Shown: positions 43,601-58,600, counted from the first letter of the stretch. The stretch: 64,000 nucleotides of DNA from Tubulanus polymorphus (GCF_964204645.1 NC_134028.1:20211245-20275244), one strand, 5' to 3'. Notes: generated from the sequence alone by a model not told the origin. Numbers and translations: made by a program.

Positions 43601-46600
43601 CAAATAGTTTCGTCGGAGAAGTGTCCGCTACCGATAAAGACAGAGGATCGAATGCAGTGATTCAATATTCAATCTTGTCCGGACACGACGGGAAATTTTA
43701 CATCGATAGACTCTCTGGTAGGATTTGATTAGAATTTCAGTTTCATACATAAGCAAATTCAAAACCTTTGGCTGATTCAATATGTCACTACGGTACATTA
43801 CAAAAATCACAAAAATTGCTTCTTTTTTTGAATGCCATTTTATATTTCCAATTCGATTTACTAAGTAAGCTTATAAGTCGTCATTTAGACAACCCATCAA
43901 CGTAATGATTGTCCAAACTTTGTTTGACAATGATGTAGCGCATCCTCCCCTGGCAGGGATTCAAACCCAGTGGCATTGAGACTCGGCACGGTACAAACCC
44001 TCTCACACTAGTCCAAGTGCGTAGCTTAGACGATATGATTATTAACCAGAGATTTATCAGATATCCTGTTTTATTTAAACCTGGGTTTTTCCATGTAGCT
44101 TAACCGGGAAATTTGCCTCAGCGATTGTTATACAACGGGCAATCTGATTGTACGTATGTACCTGGCACCCTTTCTAGTATGGCAGGGTTTACTGCCAGGG
44201 TGATGCCATCAGGTTCGAATCCCTGGTGGGGGAGGATGGATGATGCGAGGCCAGCTGGAAATTTCGAAAATAGTTTTAACGAATTGTCAGTGTAGGGCTA
44301 CTGCATCTGTGGCTTGTTTCAATAACCGTAAAGATAACCTATCCTGATCATCCTGATCTAGATTAAATTTCCATATAAGTCGAACCAGTTGGAAACAGTC
44401 AATGTTCTCTGTTACAGGTAAACTGTATGTGACCGGTGGATTAGACCGAGAAACTAAACCCGCTTACGATTTGAATATTTCTGCTCAAGATCGCGGCGTT
44501 AATCCGTCATCTCTCGAGCAGTTCGTCGGTGTTAGGATTAATCTATTGGATTATAACGATAATCCCCCGGTATTTAAACAATCCGTAATTACTGTGACAA
44601 TTCCGGAAGAGGAATCCCCCCCGTTGTTTGTGACGAATGTCAACGCTACGGACCCCGATTCCGGGGAGAATTCTAGGATCACGTATTCAATGAATGATTC
44701 AGGTGAGTTTGTTGCAATATCGATGATGAGGACTTAATGCCACCAGCTCTTCCTGGAGGGCAGCGTATCAATGAAAATTCATTCCATTTTGAATTAACAT
44801 TCATCATGATTTCTCTGATGTAAATATCTGAGTTAAACGGTTATCTCCAAGTTAAGCCGTTATTTCTGAGTTACAAAGTTATATCTGAGTTAAATGGTTA
44901 TCTTCAAGTTAAGCCGTTATCTCTGAGTTACATAGTTATATCTGAGTTAAACGGAACAATCTCTGAGTTAAACGGTTATCCTCAAGTTTAGCCGTTATTT
45001 GTGAGTTACAAGGTTATATCTGGGTTAAACGGTTATCTTCAAGTTAAGCCGTTATCTCTGAGTTACAAAGTTATATCTGAGTTAAACGGTTATCTCCAAG
45101 TTAAGCCGTTATTTCTGAGTTACATAGTTATATCTGAGTTAAACGGCACAATCTCTGAGTTAAACGGTTATCTTCAAGTTAAGCCGTTATCTCTGAGTTA
45201 CATAGTTATATATGAGTTAAACGGAACTATCTCTGAGTTAAACGGTTATCTCCAAGTTAAATGGTTATCTCTGAGTTACATAGTTATGTCTGACTCAAAG
45301 TTAAATGGTTTTCTCTGAGTTACACAGTTATCTCTTTAGTCAAACGGTTATCCCAGAGTTAAACGGTTATCTCTGCGCTAAACAGTTTCTCTGAGTTGAA
45401 TGCTTAACTCTTAAGTTAAATGGTTATCTATTGAGTTAATTGGATCTCTAAAAAAATGAGTTATACCTGAGGTAATAAGTTATCTCTGAGTTCGGTTTTC
45501 TCTGAGTTAGATGGTTGAATCTCTGAGCTGGTTAGATATGAGTCTACTGTAATTGAAGGTCGCTTATTCATTTTCTTCAACTCTATTATTCTTTTACGTA
45601 GTTCCATTCAGTATAAATCAACAGGGCAACATCACGACGAACAAGAAACTGGACCGCGAAACTACGGCGCAATACATATTCCGTATCTACGCGACCGACC
45701 ACGGTAGCCCTCAACAATCATCGGTGGCCGTGGTTACCGTGAAACTTTCCGATATAAACGATCACATTCCGAAGTTCTTGGATCCGGTTTATTACGTCAG
45801 CATTTTAGAGAAATCTCCCGTTAATTCGGTGATACTGTGGCCGCAAGTAACCGACCTGGATACGGGCAACAATGCTCGAATAACGTACTCGTTGTCGGGT
45901 GCGGGCAGTGATTTGTTCTCCATGGATACTAATACGGGATTAATCCGGATTAAACGCGTTATAGACCGGAGCAAACTGATCCAGCAGAATCTGATCGGCC
46001 GACCGGTGCAGATTAGCGCTAACGCGACGGATAATTCTACTCTGAGATTAACTCTAAGCGCGACTGATCACGGATTACCGGCTGCTCTTACCGGTAATGC
46101 GACATTGTTCGTGAAAGTGGACGAGATCAGCGACGATACTCCGGTGTTTACTAACACTACTTATCACGTTCGAATACCGGAGGAACTTCCTAAAGGTAAA
46201 AACAGTTTGGGATATCATCATTCATGGGGCTTTTCTTTTAATTACTTGGAGTACGGATCCGCCTCCGGGAATTCCACAAAAAAACCCGTAAAATTGAAAA
46301 TACATATATCTTTAGTCCATTGTTTTTTCAGCACAATTTTTCGATGTAAAAAAAGATAAGAATATTTAATAAAAAGAAATTTTTCCTGTTCCAGTTTTGA
46401 AATATCTGTGATGAAAAGAAAGTTTTTCTTTTTGACCCCAAAATTTTTTTCTTGAAACGATCCAAGTAATTGAAAAAAAAGGCCTTACCCTGTGGTTTTG
46501 TACATTAATTAATTCTATACATTTATAAGACTCCTATAGTTCGTCCTCAAACATTTTCGTATGTACACTATACATGTACATCACTTAGACATATTAGACT

Positions 46601-49600
46601 TAGATGTAACAGATTTTACTCGTTGGCACATTCATATATTACTGTAGCCGGTAACTCCAAAAAACTGATGTACACGCATAAATTTTGTTTCGTTTGCATA
46701 CGTACTACATGTATAATGTACAAAATGTACATTGGTATATACATATGTACATGTAGTACATGTATAATTGATTCTTATTTGAAGGTACCCATGTGACGAC
46801 TGTAACTGCTCGAACTAAAGATAAAACTATATCTTTACAATACACATTGACTCAACCTAATCAATACTTCCAGTTGGATCCAAACTCTGTAAGTATTTGT
46901 TGATAATAATGATAGTGATAATTTTATTTTTTTATGAAGCTATTTTCTAAAACAAATTGCATGCTTATTTTGAAATAACTTTCAATACAGGAGCATTGGA
47001 AGCAATTTTTGATTGCCGCGGCTAATTGCCAATTTTTTACAGGTTCTGATATATTGCTGCGGCGAACTTACTTCAATTTCTTCAGAAACATGGTGTATTA
47101 AAAAAAAAGAATCGTCATTCAGTAAATTATTGCTGCAGATTTCGCCGCTGCGGTTCTAACGTCACTGCGATCAGAAATTGTGTTATATAATTCTACTCGT
47201 TTGATTTCCTGGTTTTGTATTTTATAGGGTAACATTACAACTACCGGAAAACGATTGAATCGTGAAATACAGGATGTGTATTCATTTACTGTTCGCGTTG
47301 GAACGGCCAATAGAATACCAGAAAGAGCCTCATTTTCTGTTGTAAGTCTATTTCAATATTCTAATCCGTATTTAGACGATACGGGAATTTTCAATCAGAT
47401 CAGTCCTCAATAACCCGAGCCCCCCATTTTATGCATGTTTCTTTATAGAATGAATATTGTACTTTTCATATGGATTATTATTATTATTATTATTATTATC
47501 ATTGTTATTATTATTATTATCATTATTATTATTATTATTATACTTTTCACGCTTTTGCTTCGATAAGACAATTAGGTCCTTTTTCGGGCCCCCACGCAAA
47601 CTAAATATTTACTTAATCAAAACAATATTTAACAGCATGGTGCATTTTGCTTTAATTTTCAGTGCTTGGTGAGCTATATTTATATCTTATGAATGGTTTG
47701 TTAGAATTTCATTGCTAGTTTCGGGCCACACTGAATCCCTATTGCCTTGACGCACTGTTTCCTACTAGCAGAAACTCGCACTTTAATAAGATCAAGAGAT
47801 CACTTTCTCACGGCACTCTCAGTCACACAAATACAGCTATTTTCAAAAATTTTGAATTGTAAATCTTTATCGAAGGATGATGAAGCCTTCATAATTTGTA
47901 TCCGTGAGACTCGGAAGTTGTACATTTCTGATTTTAGTTCTGATGTTAGACTGGCCCTGGTTCAACAGTTGAGAGTTGAAATTTGACTCTACTTCGAACT
48001 AATTGAAAATGAAATAATTTGATTATAAGAGTCAACATAAATCATGAACTGTGGAACTGGAGCCTGGCCAGCAACAGTGTATAGATATACACTGTTGCTG
48101 TTTGCACTAATAATTCAGGGGTGGATCCAGGGACCACTGTCGAGGGTAGCACAACTTATAAAAAGGGCATTTTGAAATTAAAAAGGGCATTCTGAAATTT
48201 TGAAAATCTGCTCTTTGTTGCAAATTCCAGGCAATTAAAGCCCTGGTGCGAAGTGATTTCTAGCATTTTAACTGCATTGAGATGTAGTTTCCAGGTAATA
48301 AAGACAAAATCTTGAAGAATTTTGTGCTTTTGTTTTAAAATTATCTACCTCGTCTCGTTAAAAAAGTGCTTTTTTCTACTTTGGGCATGAAAAAAAAATG
48401 AGTAAAAAGGGCACAAGACTTTCGCAACGGTAGCACATGCCTACGGTGCTACCATCTGAATCCACGCCTGTAACTTGTCAGCCTGAAGAATTCTTGAATA
48501 ATTTCTTAGATATATCTTAAATGTCTTTACATAATTTTCAGGTTACGGTCACTCTAACAGATATTAACGATCACGCGCCAGTATTTCAGTTGTCTAGTTA
48601 TGAATTCACGATTAAAGAGGGCGCTACTATCGACAAAGCAATCGGAGTGGTCCACGCTACGGACAGTGATGCTGGAAAAAATGCTGAAATTCTCTATTCA
48701 TTTGTGACACCAAATATCGGTGAGATCCATGAATTCAGTCCAGAAATTGACCATTGATTCCGAAAATCAATGGTCTTAAATCATAAAACTGGTATTAAGT
48801 TGTTAGATTGGCTAGAAAGCCCACTTACACTTAGACTGGTATTAATCAGACCAGAAATTGACCATTGATTCAAAAAATCAATGGTCTTAAATCATAAAAC
48901 TGGTATTAAGTTGTTAGATTGGCTATAAAACCCACTTACACTTAGACTGGTATTAAAAGTTGATAGATTGGTTATAGAACCAAAATGACTGGTATAAAGT
49001 TGGTTAGATAAGTTCTACATACAGTGTAGAACCAAAAACTTTAGACTGGTCTTAAGTTGTTAGATCCCAGTTTATTAGGCTAGTCTTATGGTTTAATTTG
49101 AAAGTTCATTAGAATTTCTTAAATCTAGCTAGTATTATTGGTAATTATTTCAGGTATTATTTGTATACTTTCAGCTGGAATATTTAGCATAAATTCAACC
49201 ACTGGCAATATTGTATCATTAGTTAATTTGGACTATGAACAGAAAACTAAATATGACTTGATTGTAATGGTAAGCATTTCACAGATTTCAGAAAATTTGT
49301 TTGGAAACTTCAAATTTATCCCAAAAAAACAGTATGAAACAATATGAGATTTAACGTTTCAGGGTAAAGATAGCGGAAGTCCAGCCAGAAACAGTACTGT
49401 ATCTGTGACAATATCTATAATAGATATCAATGATAATTCCCCCGTGTTTTATGGAATACCTTATACTGCTACAGTGCAGGAGAACGGCAACCCTGGAATA
49501 TTGGTAAATATCTAAAAAAATAAGTACAATCTAATGGCTTATTTACACCTCGTATGTGTCCTGATGTGCGGGACTTAGAAAATTCTGGGAAAGTGAGAAC

Positions 49601-52600
49601 AGAGTTAGAGAAAGTAGAGCGGATTGAGCAATATCAGTATACTGCCAGAGCAGCATCTTTCCACCGGACCACTTAGCTTGTTGAATCCATCTGAATGTTT
49701 CAAATAGCACTCAGCCTTACCCTAACCCTCTGGACCCTCTAGATCCTACCCTATCTTTGTTAATATATCTTATTATATATAGATGTCAGAAAGATGGTGT
49801 TTACTAAAATAATACTGCGTTGGCAAAGTATCCATCCTTTCAAAAGTAGGGAGAAATTTCCAATTTCTGACCCCTCATTCCATGGATGCATTCAGTGAAT
49901 GACCTGTGTGGCTTTATTTGATGACTATTATTGGCTGATTTTTATTCCACAATAGGTAGCTACAGTTCTAGCTAATGACACTGATTCAGAACTCAACGGT
50001 CTGATTGGATATGAACTGAAAAACTTTCTGAGTTCATTCTTCATTCAACGAAAAGGTTTGTATGAAAATATTCCGATATTAGGACTAGAAGTTAATTGCT
50101 TTCGAATGAACATATGAGATATTACATTATTCAAGATTCAGATATGATTGATCTAAGTTCAACAATATTTGCAATTAATTGTCAGGTAGTCAGGTGAAGC
50201 CACAAACAGTTTTGACTATGAGATATTGACTTACTAAACTAACTCCTAGGCAGTTGCATAATCATGGCTTAGATTTGAGACAAGTCAGACGTTATGTTAT
50301 TCACCTCAGGTGACATTATTTGTGAAATAATATCTTGACTCTTTCAGATGGAAGTGCCTTAGTGAAGACTCTAGGTCCGTTAGATTACGAGACTCATCCT
50401 ACATACGACATCAAAGTAGCCGCCTATGACCTCGGCACACCCCAAAAAACAACAATCGCTTCGATAATCGTCACAGTTATCAATATGAACGATAACATGC
50501 CGCGATTTCTACAACGATTATTCGAATTGTCAGTTAGAGATGATACACCAATAGGTGGCAGTGTCGGTACTCCCATTCCAGCAGGGCTCGGCAATTATAC
50601 CTACAATGTGTCAGGTAATGATGAAAAACCTTATGATTCACACATGTTTAGGAAATTATTTTGTTTATCAATAATATTGACTGATTTGAACTGTACATGG
50701 TGTAGACTGGAGATGTTTCTTTTAGTAGAAATACAGAGGGAAGGGGAAAGGGAGTGAAGGACACAGATCTTAAGGATCTGCAGAGAGAGTGAAGGACACA
50801 GATCTTTAGGATCTGCAAAGAAAGTTTAATCTTTTCAGTGCATGACCTACATTGCAATGCAGTGTATAAATGGGTAATGGACTATGCTTTTGTACCCTGC
50901 ATTGCAGTGTATTGATGTAATTAGTTGTTATCTATTGAAAGATGGCAGCGCGTATCAAATTTTGTGAAATATTAGTATTTAAGATACACCGCACTACAGT
51001 GTAGAATGTACTGGGGTGAAATTTTTCAAAATTCAAAATCACTTTCCACATTTAAGAGTACTGAGAGGGTTAATTAGGCCTAATATTACAGTGACTCATC
51101 CATGATTCATATCCGAAATAACTCGGATTTATCACTATATCGCATGCGTGTTGGAAGCAATTTTTGATTGCCACGGCCAATTGCCGATTTTGACAGGTTC
51201 TAATATATATTGCCGCAGCAAATTTACTTCAATTGCCTCAGAATATGGTATTCAATGAAAGAAAAACATCATTCAGTAAATTATTGCCGCAGCATTCTTC
51301 CAACGCTACTCTATACAGATCCAAATGCAGTGTAAAGTGATCTGTGGTCAGATGTGTAATAATTGAAAAAACTAATCTAAGAAGTTCTTTCAAAGGCCAA
51401 TATCTTATGTTCCAATGTAATTTACTCTTCAATTTCTGTGTAAAATGATGGTTGATGTTTCAGGTGGAGACGGTGTCGATGTATTTGCTGTACATCCAAA
51501 CGGACAAATCTATCTACTGAAACAACTCGACAGTCGAAAGAAAAACTTGTACGAAATAGAAGTGACCGCTTCAGATTTTCATCAACCTCCGGCATTTGAT
51601 ACGACCAAAGTAAGTAGCAATCTGTTCCGTCCACTTGCTAATCTCAGAACAGGATCCAGTTTCTGATTCTTCACTGTTTTCAGGATGCTAACGCGGTTTT
51701 GGATGTTATTTTACAGGTGAAGATATCGATAATAGACAGCAGTCCTATACCTAAATTCACTCAGGCATCTTATACAGCCGTCTATAATGAGAATGTCGCT
51801 CCCCCTCATGTCGTAATAGACCTCAACTCTACTGATGAAATTCTAGCGCGTCCCGTGGTTTATACCATCGTAACGGGAGGAGAAGCAGGTAGGATAACGC
51901 TACGAATGTCCGAAGTATTTTATGAGTTCTCTTGCTTATAAGTTTACAAAACTAACTATTTTGACTTGACTTGATAAATGGCGGTCACTTTTCTGTTCGC
52001 TGAACTGCATCTCATTGCCCTATCCCACACAACGTTTAATTCTTTCCCTAACCCTCATCTGTTAGCAATCTATTTGTAGGTTTATTCACGGTAAACAGTT
52101 CGAACGGGATGTTGATTTGTCACAGAGCTCTCGATCGGGAATCCGTCAGTAAATATGAGATCATCGTTGCCGTGGAGAGAGTTAACAATACGGTACAACC
52201 GACCGGACGCAAACGTCGGGGTAAGTACCATTCTCAGGGAGATCTCTTATCTCAGTTTCATTTAAGTGCCGAGTTTCGATGCCATCAGGTTCGAATTCCT
52301 GCCAGGGGAGGATGAGTGAAATAGCAGTTTCTGAGTTTGTCTCTGATCCTGGGTTTTATGTAAGAAACTTTATCCGAGTTTGACCTATGACCTCATATCG
52401 ATGTTCGAGCTGAGATTATGAGGTCATGAATTTCTAGTAGGCCTATTTTTGTATGTTATGTAACGAAATGTTTGAATATTTTTGCAGCATTGAAAGCGAA
52501 TGAAGCGATCGTTACGATAAATGTAGGTGATAAGAATGATAATCCTCCAATATTCAATGATATCACTGTCGGTGTGCCTGCTGATGCTTCGTATAACTAT

Positions 52601-55600
52601 CTTGTTACTACTCTAAAGGTGAATATATAATCTTAGCATGGTTCAATTGAAACCCTGTTCGACCGTTCATGGCTATAAGTTATATCTGGCCCCAGGGACA
52701 GCCCTAAAAACCTGGACCCAGTTTTACAGTTCTTCATTTAAAATTGATTTTCATTTCATATTCAATAAGTCCATCTCTATAGTCGCGTAACTCAATGCTG
52801 TAGAATTGAACTGAGTCCTGATCGCAAGATAATGCATACAGGGCCAACTTCGGTTATCAGAGTTTGTCAACTAGATGCGAACTAATTGAAAGCGATTGTC
52901 AGTTAGTTGAAACTTTAGTCTGGAAATAGTGAACAACGCAAGCTCAGTCGCTGATGCACTAGACCAGGCCTAGATGGCTGACACTGTGAAATGCGTTAAG
53001 ACTGAACTAGTGTGTTTGGTTACAATCACTAGTCGACTAACTAAGAAAACCAAAGTTTGCCCTTGCTGCTGAAACTATGTACCTAATTATTCAGTGCTCA
53101 ATTATTTGTCAGGGGTCAGTTGCTCAAAAGTTGGTTAAAGTTAACCATCAGGGGCTGGTTGCTCAAAAGTATAGGCCTAATAAGATAAGTAATAAGATAA
53201 GTAATAAAAGATAAGTACCATGATAAGAATACAGTTTTGATTGTCACTATGCCAGTTATCCACTGGCTTACTTCAACCAATTTTTGAGCAGCTGCCGCCT
53301 TCTGCTTTATTTCATTGTTGTAAGTTGTGGTTGTACGTATACTATTTGTCAGGCTACAGATCGAGATACAGGAATCAATGCTGTTATCCATTATAAAATC
53401 ACCGGTGGGCCGAATAAAGCTGATTTCCTCGTCGAAGAGAAAACTGGGAAAGTTTTATCAAGGGTAGACTTCAGTTATTTGACGGCTACAACTTTACAGT
53501 TTACGGCTAAAGCTACTGACGACGCGGGGAAAGGTCTTAGCGATACTGCTCAAGTTAAGGTAGGCTCGGCGAAAAATAGGATCCGCGAAGAGATGCTTCC
53601 AATTCAGTATAATCGAATCACCAGCATTGGATCCAGGTCATAATTGGGCCTCAATGGAGTCTTGATTTTTTGCACCCTTTGAAAGATACAGAACTATGAA
53701 CTGCACAAATCAGCAAACGCTTCAACACATGATGCAACAAATGTTAGATCACCTCGTGCAGCACCCCCAACCGTTGGTACCCATCTTGTCGGAGATACAA
53801 ATGATGCCCTTTTCAATCATCTGTCGCAGCCGTGATTGAGCTGCATGATTGGGTATAATACTGTCTAGGAAAACACTGCTGGATCCAACCCTGGAATCTA
53901 CATATCTTTATGAAGCTTTCTGTAGGCCTATACACTCGACCTAAATAATAATTAGTGTGTAGAAGTATTTTTAGTTAAGAAATGCTTGTATGTTAAATAT
54001 GTTATATACATGTATGTCAATTAGTCCATAGAAGTATTTTAAGTTAAGAAATGCTTATATGTTAAATATGTTATATACATGTGTTATATATTTCACGGAA
54101 GTTCAAAGCAATGATTTCCACGAATGGAAACCTGAATATTTTCTCGTTTGTTTCAGGTTTATAAATTAACGGTCAATCAGAGGGCGATTCTCATCGCAAA
54201 CGTTGACAAAGCAACATTTCAGAGCAATCAGAATGATATAGTTGGGTAAGCTAGGGTTCGATTGTTTCGTGTGAGTTTAACTTAGAGAGAGAAAGACCTG
54301 TTATAATTTCACCCTCCGATATATTTGTAGGAATTTGAGTAAAATACTAGGGTTTAATGTGATGCCGTTGAAAGTCGAACCTCATATCGAGAAAGCTCAG
54401 AAGAAAGTAGATCCATCGCGGAGTGATATGTATTTCTATGCTATAAACCCAGCAGACGGACGAGTGGTTGATAAAGAATATCTACTTGAGTAAGTTTTGA
54501 TTTTACTAAGTGTTCAAACATAGACGAAGAAAACATGGAGCCGAGTGTTAGAACTTATGTCCGAAAATATTTGAGAATTTGCTCGATTCAAATTTTACCC
54601 TAGAACTGTGAAACTAAGTGTAGATATGAGGAACTAGTTACAGAACTATGTTACTGGATCTAGATGGATTGTTCTTTCTCCTCACTCTCAAGTATTGAAT
54701 TATTGACTATACTTTCAGAGCTATAAAGCTGAAACAGAAAGAAATCGACGCATTTTTCAAACGTTATAATTTAGCAGGAGTGAAAGCGATTCCTGTTTTG
54801 AACAGCGAATATAGAATCGGGTCGGAAATCGGATTATTGCTGTTAGCGATAATTATCATCATAGGCTGCATTCTAGGAATTATAATAGTATTCATCTCGT
54901 GGAGAAAGTAAGTATAATTTTTACATGACAGATTGCACTCAAGTGTGAACTCGATGGACTGTGAAAATTTGTCAGACTTGAGAGTGACATCTTCGCTGGA
55001 TGGTGCTAACATCTTAGCAAACATCAGAGTTAAACAGTTATCTCTGAGTCAACCCTTTTAGTTCTGACTAATTAATACTCTAAAGTGCTGGAGATAATTG
55101 GAGAAATTTGGAAAAATTCCATCCCATTGTGTTGAATAACAGGCATGTTGCTATAATGCATCTACACCGCGGTGTGGAGTATCGTTAGTTATTGATGTAT
55201 GACTGTTTGACAGGTGTTGCCATCTTTTATTACACCACAGTGCAGTGTAGTGTACTAGCAGTTCGTAACCGATTTATACACCGCACTGTGGTGTAGATGC
55301 ACTGAAAGGGCTAAACAGTTATCTCTTGAGTGAAAAGGTTATCTCTGAGTTAACAGCTATTTTCAGTTAACAGTTATGAGTTAAAAGGTTATCGCTGAGT
55401 TGCACGGTTATCTCTTTGATTATCTCTGAGTTAAGCAGTTGTCTCTTTAGTTGATCAGATGTGACTTAAGCCGAGTCTACACTAATTTTCATTTTCATGT
55501 CAAGATAATGATTTCTTAATTTGAATCAATTAATCGTAAAACCTGTACAGAATTTCCGCTTATTTTGTCTGAATGTTTGTTTCAGACGGGAACAAGCTCG

Positions 55601-58600
55601 TCGAAGATTAAGTATATTCGCAACGCCGATGTCGAAAAAGAATCCTGAACATCATCATCGGGGTAGCTCCAGTACGGGCAGCGGTTTATATTTAACCAAT
55701 CCGCTGTACGCTGAGAGTAACATAGAAGAAGAAACCGGGGAACCTTTACCCATGTAAGTATGTCTCCCTAAACACTGATTTGATATAAAAACCGACTTAA
55801 CAAATGGCGGACTTAACGAAGACTGACTTGAATTCACTTCTTTTTAATAGTTGATATAGACATGTACAGAAAAGATGACCGTGTCCATAAATCCCCCAAT
55901 GACATCATCAAATTGATTAAGTGTTGATATAAACATGTACAGAAAAAAAGACCGCCACCATAAATCCCCCAATGGACATCATCAAATATAGACATGTAAA
56001 GAAAAGATGATCATGTCCGTAAATCTCCCAATGACATCATCATCAAATTGATACAGTGTTGATGTAAACATGTACAGAACGGATGACCACCTCCATAAAT
56101 CCCCCATCATCATCAAAATTCTTATTTCAAACACTGCAATGATTCAGCTCTAATGAAGATGGGTTTATAATTTTTAGGACATTTCAATCAAACAGGTTTG
56201 TGTTTAATCTGTAATTTCTAAGCATGTTTTAGAGAGTGTCAGTGGGTATGTTGTGTGTGTGTAAACACTACGTATGAGTTATATCAGAGCACAAAGAAAA
56301 CAGAATTTATTTGGAATTTGCGGTGGTGAAAGTGGTGATGGTTGTCTGAAAATGGCTCGTAGAATTGAGTCGAAACATCGCTACGGTTTTAGTTTTTCTT
56401 CATAATTGCGAGTTTTTCTTCATTTTATCAACTCTTTCAGTGCGTCTACACCGCATTGCAGTGTATAAATTGGTGATGGATTTTGCTAGTACACTGCATT
56501 GCAGTGTATCCATGTAATCAGTTAGTTCTTACATCAATTGAAAAATGGCAGCATCGTAAAAGATGGTGAAATATTCGCAACTAATGGTACAACGTGCCAG
56601 GGTGTAGACACAATAGAGCGGTCTGCCCATTATACAACAAAATTGGGGAAACTTTTTTAACTTTTCAAATTATGTCCAGCACTTTTGGGTATCAGATAGT
56701 CAGCACTGAAAGGGTTAATAGACATTCACTTGTCCACAGAAACCACAGTGGTAAATGGTTGTGTCCTATTTTTACAGAGTTGATTTGAATATGGAGGACT
56801 TTGATAAAGCTTCTTCTATGTAAGAGAAACTTGAATTCAATTGATTCAATGATAAACGTCTTTTAATCGAAAATTTTCATCAATTTTTTCTCATGATTTT
56901 CTTTCCGTTGGTTTCGAGTTTCTGCAAACTAAACACACACACATCGCGTCCAAAAAAACACATTTAAAGTTTTGATAATAAGGATATCTATTTCATCATC
57001 AATTTAAAAAGAATACAAAATTACAAACGGAATACATGGAATGAATTGTAGAACTATGAAAACTGTGTTTTCGAATGAACAGTTAGCTTAGTAAAAGATG
57101 AATAATATAACGATTATATATAACATAATGATTATGATTCATTGTCTTATATAGCGGCGTACTAATTGAATTTCATCGCAGCGCTTTACTGAGTATAAAA
57201 ACATAAGAATCATTAAATCATTAAGATACAATAAAACGATGAGAAATTAAGTAGATATAGTAGATAATCACACTTCAAATCCTGTTCTAAAAAGGTAAGT
57301 CTTAAGAGAACGTTAGAAGTCATCAATTGGCTTTCCCTGATAGTTTGAGGAATAGGTGAGGTGCTGAGATCATAATTAAAAAGCTCTACTTCTATAATTT
57401 TGTATCGGCAAACATTTGACGTATGTTTTACATTGTTATTTTTTCGTAGATGTTATTTAAATCAATACGATGAGATGATGTATTATTTAAGGTAAAACAT
57501 TGTTATGGGTTTTAAGGTGACTGAGGTGGCTTGCTCCCCCACCTACAATACCAGGTGACTGACTCCCTTGCTAAGGTGCCCTGGTTAATTATCCCCATTC
57601 TGGATTGGATTTCAGACGATTCCTGATATTTTAGATTTTAGGTGTTTTTAGAATATGATCTTAGTTTATGTTAAGTTTAGCTTTTTCAGAACATTATACT
57701 TGCTTATGGCACTTATATTTTGGTTTGATTGGGTTATTTTGGGATTGATGGGCTATTTTTTCGTATCAATTTCCAATACTTTGCTTTCATTTTTACCTTG
57801 GTCTTTATCATCATCAATTTTAGATTTTAATTTTAGATTTCATTTCATAACATTGTTTGATATTGAAAGCAGGAGAAACTGTATTTTTTGAGAATTCTTA
57901 CTTATTACTGGTGGTTTTGAAATTCAAATTTCTCATCATTCTCAAATCCTAGTTTTCTATATCTCTGATGAATATAGGGTTGTTTATAGATACTGCAGCT
58001 TATTATGGTTGATATGAATTTAGATCCTGAAACAAGAGTTTCACAGTCATGGCTTAGATTTAGATTTAAGACCAAGTTTAAGCCAATTTTGGTCCTTTGA
58101 CCAATATAAGCAGACCAGTCTAAGCTCATTTTCGTTCTATAACCAATTTTAACAACTTGAAAGAAGTCTAAGCTCATTTTCGTTCTAAAACCAATCTAAC
58201 AACTTAAGACCAGACTAAGCTCATTTTTGTTCTATGGCCAATCTAACAGCTTAATCCAGTCTAAGCTCATTTCGGTTCTAAGCCAATGTAAACAATTTAA
58301 CGACTAGTCTAAGCTCATTTTGGTTCTATAACCAATCTCTAACTACTTGAAACCAGTCTATAAGCTCATTTCGGTTCTATATATAACCCATCTACGAACA
58401 AGACCAGTCTGCACATTTTTGGTTCTCTAGCACACAATTTAAGACCAGTTAAGATTTAAGACCAAGCATTTGCATATTAAGTCATGACTGCAATAAGGCC
58501 CTGGGGCCAGTTGCACAGTCGTGACTTAAGTCTTAAAGTGGTCTTAAATCTTAAGACTGGTCTTAAGTTGTTAGATTGGCTATAGAACAAAGTTGGTCTT

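Noticed and set aside
47457-47672. Poly-Leu ORF resembling a TM or signal peptide
   Set aside because: Translation of a (TTA)n microsatellite
56346-56380. Plus-strand hammerhead as a functional ribozyme
   Set aside because: Core reads CTGAAAA instead of CTGANGA and stems I/III are not convincing; treated only as a decayed relic
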